Positions 58,297 through 64,000 of a stretch of DNA of 64,000 nt are shown in pieces. The stretch is taken from assembly GCA_963708025.1 (NCBI GenBank), contig CAVPSB010000025.1, positions 352,001 to 416,000 on the forward strand, given 5' to 3'. Position 1 is the first letter of the stretch. Each line of letters begins with the position of its first letter. Below the pieces are notes generated by a model. It ran no database searches. It had not been told where the DNA came from and was given only the letters and a program-made list of their open reading frames with translations. The translations under genes were made by a program, and so were the position numbers. Source of the DNA: an uncultured Candidatus Rokubacteria bacterium. Lineage in GTDB: Bacteria > Methylomirabilota > Methylomirabilia > Rokubacteriales > DASRDR01.

Positions 58297-58725
58297 GGTA
58301 ACGGGCCAGGTGCCACAGCCTCTCGGTCACTGAGGTGCCAGCGCCTCTCGGTCACTATGATGCTGGGGTAACCCCCCCGGGGAGTGGAGGCGATGGCTAA
58401 GAAGCTCGGCGAAGGGAAGCGAAGCGATACGCGATGGTGGCGGAGGTCAGGGCCGGGGCGTCGATGCGCGCAGTGGCCCGAGCCCATGCGGTGAGCCTCT
58501 CCACCGTGCAGTGGTGGGCTCGACGGGCCGGGGATCTGGCCCTGGATCGGGTCGATTGGAGCGATCGGCCGCCTCTCGCCGAGCGGATCCATCGGACTGA
58601 CTCGGCGGTCGAGGACCTCGTCCTCACCCTGCGACGCGAGCTGAAGGACACGAGCGATCTGGGCGAGTACGGAGCCCGGGCCATCCACCGCGAGCTCGTG
58701 GCTCGCGACCACGTTCGGATGCCGT
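58297..58725 (+). mobile_element. Truncated DDE (IS481-like) element: left end plus transposase N-terminus
   Basis: Two 24-bp repeats AGGTGCCAnnGCCTCTCGGTCACT (58308-58331, 58333-58356); ATG 58393, frameshifted HTH ORF ASMRAVARAHAVSLSTVQWW..DWSDRP..YGARAIH; no catalytic domain. Confidence 0.7.
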
Positions 58726-58911
58726 CGACAGGGGTTCGACCTCCAGCTCACGCGGCACGGGACGGAAGGCTGGCGCGCGACGTTCTACCCGTAGGGGCGG
58801 ATCCACTCGGCGACCCAGGCGGTCGGGACGGCCTGGACGCGGTCGCCCTGGGCGGCGGTGCAGCGAGCGGCGTGGGAGGCGTTGCGGATTCGGGAAGGCG
58901 ACGCGGTATAG
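58726..58911 (+). pseudogene. 3' fragment of a small hypothetical protein with an internal stop
   Basis: RQGFDLQLTRHGTEGWRATFYP*GRIHSATQAVGTAWTRSPWAAVQRAAWEALR; resembles a multicopy Rokubacteria hypothetical family (recollection, unverified). Confidence 0.55.
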
Positions 58912-59082
58912 CAGCGGCCCGGTGCCGTTCTGATCGCCTGGACGGAATCTTTCCGGGCTGGCGCACCTCAGAGGACACCGGCCCCCTTGTGGAACGCCCA
59001 GTTAGCGCGGGCGCGTCTCTTGCTCCATCCAACCCGGGGGCGAAGGGGAGCATACCGTCGAGGTGCGTGCGGGAGGGCGGAG

Positions 59083-59469
59083 ATGAGCGGGGTGATGGAG
59101 AGTTTTGATCGGGTTCGTCACAGGGGGCTGGCGCAGGGATTCTATCGGACCCTGCTCGGCGCCGACCCGCGAATCAAGGTCATGTTTGAAAACACGAATT
59201 TCGAGCGGCAGAGAGATCTCTTCCTGCACGGCCTTCTGGTGCTGATCGAGTATGCCAACGGACAGGTGTTGGGAGAAGTGGCAATCGAGCGTCTCGGCGA
59301 GCTTCACAGTCGAAGGAAAATGAATGTGCCGCCCGATCTCTATCCGATCTGGGTGAACTGCCTCGTCGAGACGTTGGCCAGACTCGATCCGCAATTCTCT
59401 CCCACGCTCGACCGGCAATGGCGTGAGACCCTACAAAAAGGGATCGACATCATGACCCGGGTATACTAG
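59083..59469 (+). CDS. Single-domain globin
   Basis: FY..LL..DP.IK.MF (B10 Tyr, CD1 Phe), FERQ (E7 Gln), LGELH (F8 His), VPPDLYPIW, H-helix W. Confidence 0.88.
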   Translation: MSGVMESFDRVRHRGLAQGFYRTLLGADPRIKVMFENTNFERQRDLFLHGLLVLIEYANGQVLGEVAIERLGELHSRRKMNVPPDLYPIWVNCLVETLARLDPQFSPTLDRQWRETLQKGIDIMTRVY

Positions 59470-59684
59470 CGAGCCGGTTTGGCCTCCACCATCGGATGGC
59501 CAAGAATCGTACTGCTTTCCGGTGGCTAGCCAACACAATACCCCTTCTGCTGCAGACGTCGTGGCAGGATCCGGAGCGCCGCGCGGTCACGGTCGCCGTG
59601 CTACGGGCGCTGCAGCCAGAGTGAGGGTGTGCCCCAGTCTCGAAGTGCACCCACGGACGCCTTACGGCTGCGGGTGTCAACACG

Positions 59685-60024
59685 ATGAGAACATCGTCCG
59701 CGCTTCTCCCGAAATTCTACCTCGGTTACGGCGCCTTGAAGGAAAAGCTTCGCGCGCCAGGCTTCGAGGTCTTCGCTGGCGGAATGCCCTCCGCCGAGAT
59801 TGTCGAGCGTTTCGAGAAGCCAATCAAGCGTGTGCGACGGACGAATCAGCCGAGGAGCGGCGGGAGCGAGAGCGCGGGAACGGGCCGAGGCCGCTGCTCA
59901 GGAGTGGCTCAAGGACGAGGAGCGGGCGGCCGAGCAGGCCAAGAGCGACGCCGAGCGGGATGCGGAGAAGGCGGAGGCGAGGCTCAACGCGGCGGAGAAA
60001 GCGATGAGAGCTATGCGGGAATGA
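59685..60024 (+). pseudogene. Degraded ORF with a coiled-coil C-terminus
   Basis: Protein-like sequence split across frames, ending RERAEAAAQEWLKDEERAAEQAKSDAERDAEKAEARL..*. Confidence 0.4.
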
Positions 60025-60440
<416 letters not shown>

Positions 60441-60443
<3 letters not shown>

Positions 60444-60492
60444 CCGCCCTGGGGGCTATGGCTATGACCGAGAACGGGCATTATGTTGGCTA
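60441..60492 (+). repeat. Second copy of the junction motif with a dif-like site (60464-60491)
   Basis: ACCCCGCCCTGGGGGCTATGGCT-ATGACCGAGAA-CGGGCA-TTATGTTGGCT-A. Confidence 0.8.
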
Positions 60493-60493
60493 G

Positions 60494-61108
60494 CCGCACG
60501 TGCTCCTGCTAGACGAGCCGCTCGGAGCGCTGGACAAGAACCTGCGCGCGCAGATGCAGGTCGAGCTCAAGCGCATCCACCGCGAGGTCGGCATCACGAT
60601 GGTGTACGTGACGCACGACCAAACCGGGGCGATGACGATGTCCGACCGCATCGCGGTCTTCAGCCGCGGTACGCTCGAGCAGACAGCGCCGCCGCTCGAG
60701 GTGTATCACCGCCCGCGCACCCGATTCGTGGGCGAGTTCATCGGCGACAGCACCTTCTTCACCGGTCGCGTCAACTCTGCCGCGCCGGGGCGCGTCGAGC
60801 TCGACGGCCTCGGGCCGATCGAGGCGGATGCCGGTGCTTGCCGGCACCTCGCGGGCGCGCCGGCCGACGTGCTCCTGCGCCCCGAGCGTCTTCAGTTGAT
60901 CCGCGACGGCGCGACGCTTCCGAACCGCCTGGCGGTCAAGATTGGCGTGATCGTAAACTACGGCGACAGCGTACTCGTCATCGGCGACGCCCGAGGTCAA
61001 AGCGTACGCATCCGTATCGCGGGCGCGCAGCCCGACGCGGTCCGCGAGGGCGCGACGGTCACCGTGGGCTGGAAGGCGGGTGACGAGCATCTGATCGCGC
61101 GGTCGTGA
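60494..61108 (+). pseudogene. 3' half of a PotA-like ABC ATPase
   Basis: Begins at PHVLLLDEPLGALD (Walker B); VTHDQ and TOBE domain present; Walker A and the signature motif are absent. Confidence 0.88.
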
Positions 61109-61148
61109 TCGGGACGTTCGTCGACGTCCGCCTGGATCGGGCGCGCAG

Positions 61149-62450
61149 TCATCCAGCCGGGTCCCAGCCCTGCTCGGGGTAACGCCGGAGCGCCAGATGG
61201 TAGCCGAGGTTCCGGGGCAGGTTCCACCACACTCCTGCACGCGAGCCCCACATCCGGCGTGCGATCGAGCCGAGTGAGTAGAAGCGGCGAGAGGCCCACT
61301 CGGTCCCCGCGACGAGCTCATCAGGCGACATCTGCGCCGGGCGGAACACGCAGTGCTTCTTGCCATCGTACTTCGACCAGTCAGTGGTCAGGATCCGGCG
61401 CTCGCCCTGCCAGCGCTGGAACGTGGGCGTGCCCGGCATCGGGACAACCATGCTCATCGTGGCCACGTCGACGCTGGCCTCCTCGAGGAACTCGACCGTG
61501 CGGCGGAAGATCCCCCGGTCGTCCTGGTCGAAGCCGAACATGATCCCGAGGTGCGCGGCTATCCCGTGCTCGTGGAGCGAGCGGATCAACTCGCGGTAGC
61601 CGGTGACGCGGTTGTGGCGCTTGTTGGCCGAGTCCAGGCTCTCCTGGGAAATCGACTCAAAGCCCATGAACAGCGCCTTGCAGCCGCTAGCGGCGGCCAG
61701 GCGCTGAAACTCCTCATCCTTCGCCGCCGTCGCGGTGCACTGGCTCGTCCACCACTTGCCGAGCGGCGCGAGCGCCTGGAACAGCTCCTTCGAGTAGCGC
61801 GGGTTGGCGCCGATGTTGTCGTCCCAGAACACGACCGCGCGGGTCGGACTGCCCGCGACTTCGCGCACGACCTCCTCGATCGGCCGGTAGCGCATCGTGC
61901 CCGGCCCGTACAGGAGCGGGATGGTGCAGTAGTCGCACCGGTGCGGGCAGCCGCGGGTGGCGATCGTGACCGACTTCCCGTAGCGGCGCCCCTTGATCAG
62001 GTCCCAGCGCGGCGCCGGCTGCCTGTCCAGGCTGGCCCGGTGGGTCAACCGGTAAACGCGCTCGAGTCGTCCGGCCGCCGCGTCCTCGAGCAGGCGCGGC
62101 CAGGTGTCCTCGGCCTCGCCTACGACTACGGCGTCGGCGTGCTCCGCGGCCTCCTCGGGGAGGGCGGTCGCGTGCGGCCCGCCGATCACGACGGGGACGC
62201 GCCGGCGCCGGAAAGCGTCGGCCACCTCGTAGGCATGCAGCGCCGAAGGCGTGGGCGCGGTGATCCCGACCAGGTCGGCCGAGCGGTCGAGGTCGAGGCG
62301 CTCGACGATCTCGTCGGTGTGGTGGACGTCATGCTCGCGCGGGGTCAGCGCCGCAATCAGCGGCATCGTGAGCTGCGGGAACTGGATCAGGCGCCACCCG
62401 CGCAGCCGGCGCGACTCCGGCGACTCCGCCGTGATCAAGTGGATGCGCAT
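61149..62450 (-). CDS. B12-binding domain radical SAM protein
   Basis: VVIGGPHAT, GEAE, RGCPHRCDYC, WDDN, GFESISQ, PMPGTP. Confidence 0.92.
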   Translation of the reverse strand: MRIHLITAESPESRRLRGWRLIQFPQLTMPLIAALTPREHDVHHTDEIVERLDLDRSADLVGITAPTPSALHAYEVADAFRRRRVPVVIGGPHATALPEEAAEHADAVVVGEAEDTWPRLLEDAAAGRLERVYRLTHRASLDRQPAPRWDLIKGRRYGKSVTIATRGCPHRCDYCTIPLLYGPGTMRYRPIEEVVREVAGSPTRAVVFWDDNIGANPRYSKELFQALAPLGKWWTSQCTATAAKDEEFQRLAAASGCKALFMGFESISQESLDSANKRHNRVTGYRELIRSLHEHGIAAHLGIMFGFDQDDRGIFRRTVEFLEEASVDVATMSMVVPMPGTPTFQRWQGERRILTTDWSKYDGKKHCVFRPAQMSPDELVAGTEWASRRFYSLGSIARRMWGSRAGVWWNLPRNLGYHLALRRYPEQGWDPAG

Positions 62451-63652
62451 CTGAAGTCGCCCATTCTTCTCAGGATCAGCGGCAGGAGTAGGAATACGAA
62501 CGCGATCGAGAACAGGATTCCGAGCGCCGACAAGACGGACGGAAGTCCCCAGCTATCGATCCCATAGCCCACGAGGGGGCCCAGAAGACAGAACGCGGCG
62601 CGGATTCCCAGCTGCGCCACGGAGATCACGGTCGCGCGGAACGTGGAGGAGATCCTCTCGTTGAGCGCGTCCAGGAAGAGCACCCCGCCCAGGCCCCGGC
62701 CGACCTGGCCCAGGATCCCGAGCAGTATCCCGCCCCATCCGAGGAAAGCCGCCATCCCGAAATAGGCGATGATCGGCAACACGCCAACCGCGGCGAGCAA
62801 CGGTCGCCGGCCGAATCTCGCCGCCCCGAGCGCGGCGGATCTCCCGGCGAGGCCGAGGATGAGACCGTAGGCGGCCGACAGGACTCCGAACCAGGCCAGG
62901 GGCACTCCGCTCTCCTGCCAGTATTTCTGGTTCACCCAGACCATCACCAGCCCGCCGGTCCCACCGGCAACGAAATTGAGGAACACGAGCCGCGTCGCGG
63001 CGTCCCGGACCAGCGTGGTCGAGAGGACCTCCTTGAGCTCGCCCGCCCATTTCTTCCCTCGGTTCACACCCGCGGGCGGCTCGGTGAGGCCCAGCACGAG
63101 GAGCACCGGGATCCAGCTCAGCATTGCGTTGGCCCACAGCAGATGCCCATAGGACAGGGTGACGACCGTGCCCCCCACCAGCGCGCTCACCGTCGTCCCC
63201 ATTTGCGCCGCGAGCTTCGCATTTCCGAGGACGGCCGTTCCCCGGGACTTCTCGCCACTCGCCCCGAGATACGAGTCATAGAGGAGCGCCACATCGCCTC
63301 CCGAGATCATGCTGAGGGCGATCCCCATCGTGAGGTGGTAGAAGAGGAAGCCCTCGTAACTGCTCCACAGCGGGAGGAGGGAAAAGCTGACCGCCTTGAG
63401 CGTCGCGCCCAGCAGCAGTGTCTTCTTCCTTCCCCACAGGTCCGAGAGCACGCCTGAAGGCACTTCGCCGCAGAGGATCACGAGAGCGAACACGGCTTGC
63501 AGCTCCATGAACTGCCGCATGCCGATCCCCTTCGTCGCGAGATAGGGGACCCACAAGGCGATCACGATCATGAACTGATCAAAGAAGGAGAAGCCGTAGA
63601 GGAGCGGGATGTTCCTCTTCACGGGCCCGTGTCTGTACTGTGGACCAGTCAC
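62435..63652 (-). CDS. MFS transporter
   Basis: EVPSGVLSDLWGRKK, SGGDVALLYDS, RATVIS; about 12 TM segments. Confidence 0.9.
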   Translation of the reverse strand: MTGPQYRHGPVKRNIPLLYGFSFFDQFMIVIALWVPYLATKGIGMRQFMELQAVFALVILCGEVPSGVLSDLWGRKKTLLLGATLKAVSFSLLPLWSSYEGFLFYHLTMGIALSMISGGDVALLYDSYLGASGEKSRGTAVLGNAKLAAQMGTTVSALVGGTVVTLSYGHLLWANAMLSWIPVLLVLGLTEPPAGVNRGKKWAGELKEVLSTTLVRDAATRLVFLNFVAGGTGGLVMVWVNQKYWQESGVPLAWFGVLSAAYGLILGLAGRSAALGAARFGRRPLLAAVGVLPIIAYFGMAAFLGWGGILLGILGQVGRGLGGVLFLDALNERISSTFRATVISVAQLGIRAAFCLLGPLVGYGIDSWGLPSVLSALGILFSIAFVFLLLPLILRRMGDFRCAST

Positions 63653-63744
63653 TGGGCATCCAGCTGCTGCACCGACGAGTCTCCAGCAGCGCGAGCCGTG
63701 GACGGCGAAATGATGGGGACGTGGGACGAATACTGGGATGGTCG

Positions 63745-64000
63745 GTGAGGGCAGTCGGATTGGCGGCGATGCTGATGATCGCCGCGCCGGCGTCGGCCGA
63801 GATGTTCCTGGATCTCTACGGCGGGGCCAGCTTCCCCGGTAAGCCCGACTTTACCCTCGAAACGAACAACGGCGCCTCGCGCGAGGTTGAAGCGGGCGAG
63901 TCGGATACGGTGGCGACCGGGGGACTCCGGGTCGGCTACTGGTTCACCGACTTGGGCCTCCCCTGGCTCGGGGTCGCGGGTGACGTGTCGTATTTCGAGC
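63745..64000 (+). CDS. Outer-membrane beta-barrel protein (partial, runs off the window)
   Basis: Manual translation MRAVGLAAMLMIAAPASA-EMFLDLYGGASF..GGLRVGYWF..WLGVAGDVSYFE. Confidence 0.7.
   Translation, partial: MRAVGLAAMLMIAAPASAEMFLDLYGGASFPGKPDFTLETNNGASREVEAGESDTVATGGLRVGYWFTDLGLPWLGVAGDVSYFE

Overview
Very GC-rich bacterial chromosomal window. Gene content and the palindromic repeat families suggest Candidatus Rokubacteria/Methylomirabilota, but this is inference. From 1 to ~57.2 kb it is a dense run of metabolic and transport genes: an ExeA-like ATPase (partial), carbohydrate-type and branched-chain amino acid ABC transporters, an acyl-CoA catabolic cluster, apt, hbd, an AbfD/HpaB-fold enzyme lacking the Fe-S cysteines, a 7-GAF hybrid kinase, trpD, and a protealysin-like M4 protease with emfourin. 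From ~57.3 to 64 kb it is an accessory mosaic of gene fragments (IS91-like and DDE transposases, a methyltransferase, murA, potA), whose breakpoints coincide with two copies of a dif-like motif; an intact globin, radical SAM enzyme and MFS transporter lie among them. The main non-coding signal is a ~90-bp G/C hairpin element in 7 co-oriented copies. These fill stop-to-start junctions and supply the Shine-Dalgarno site, twice apparently for an AUA start. A ~22-bp GGCCGAAGGCC module is nested inside several palindromic elements. About seven single frameshifts in otherwise intact genes, mostly at homopolymers, are probably sequencing indels. No rRNA, tRNA or CRISPR array was recognised.
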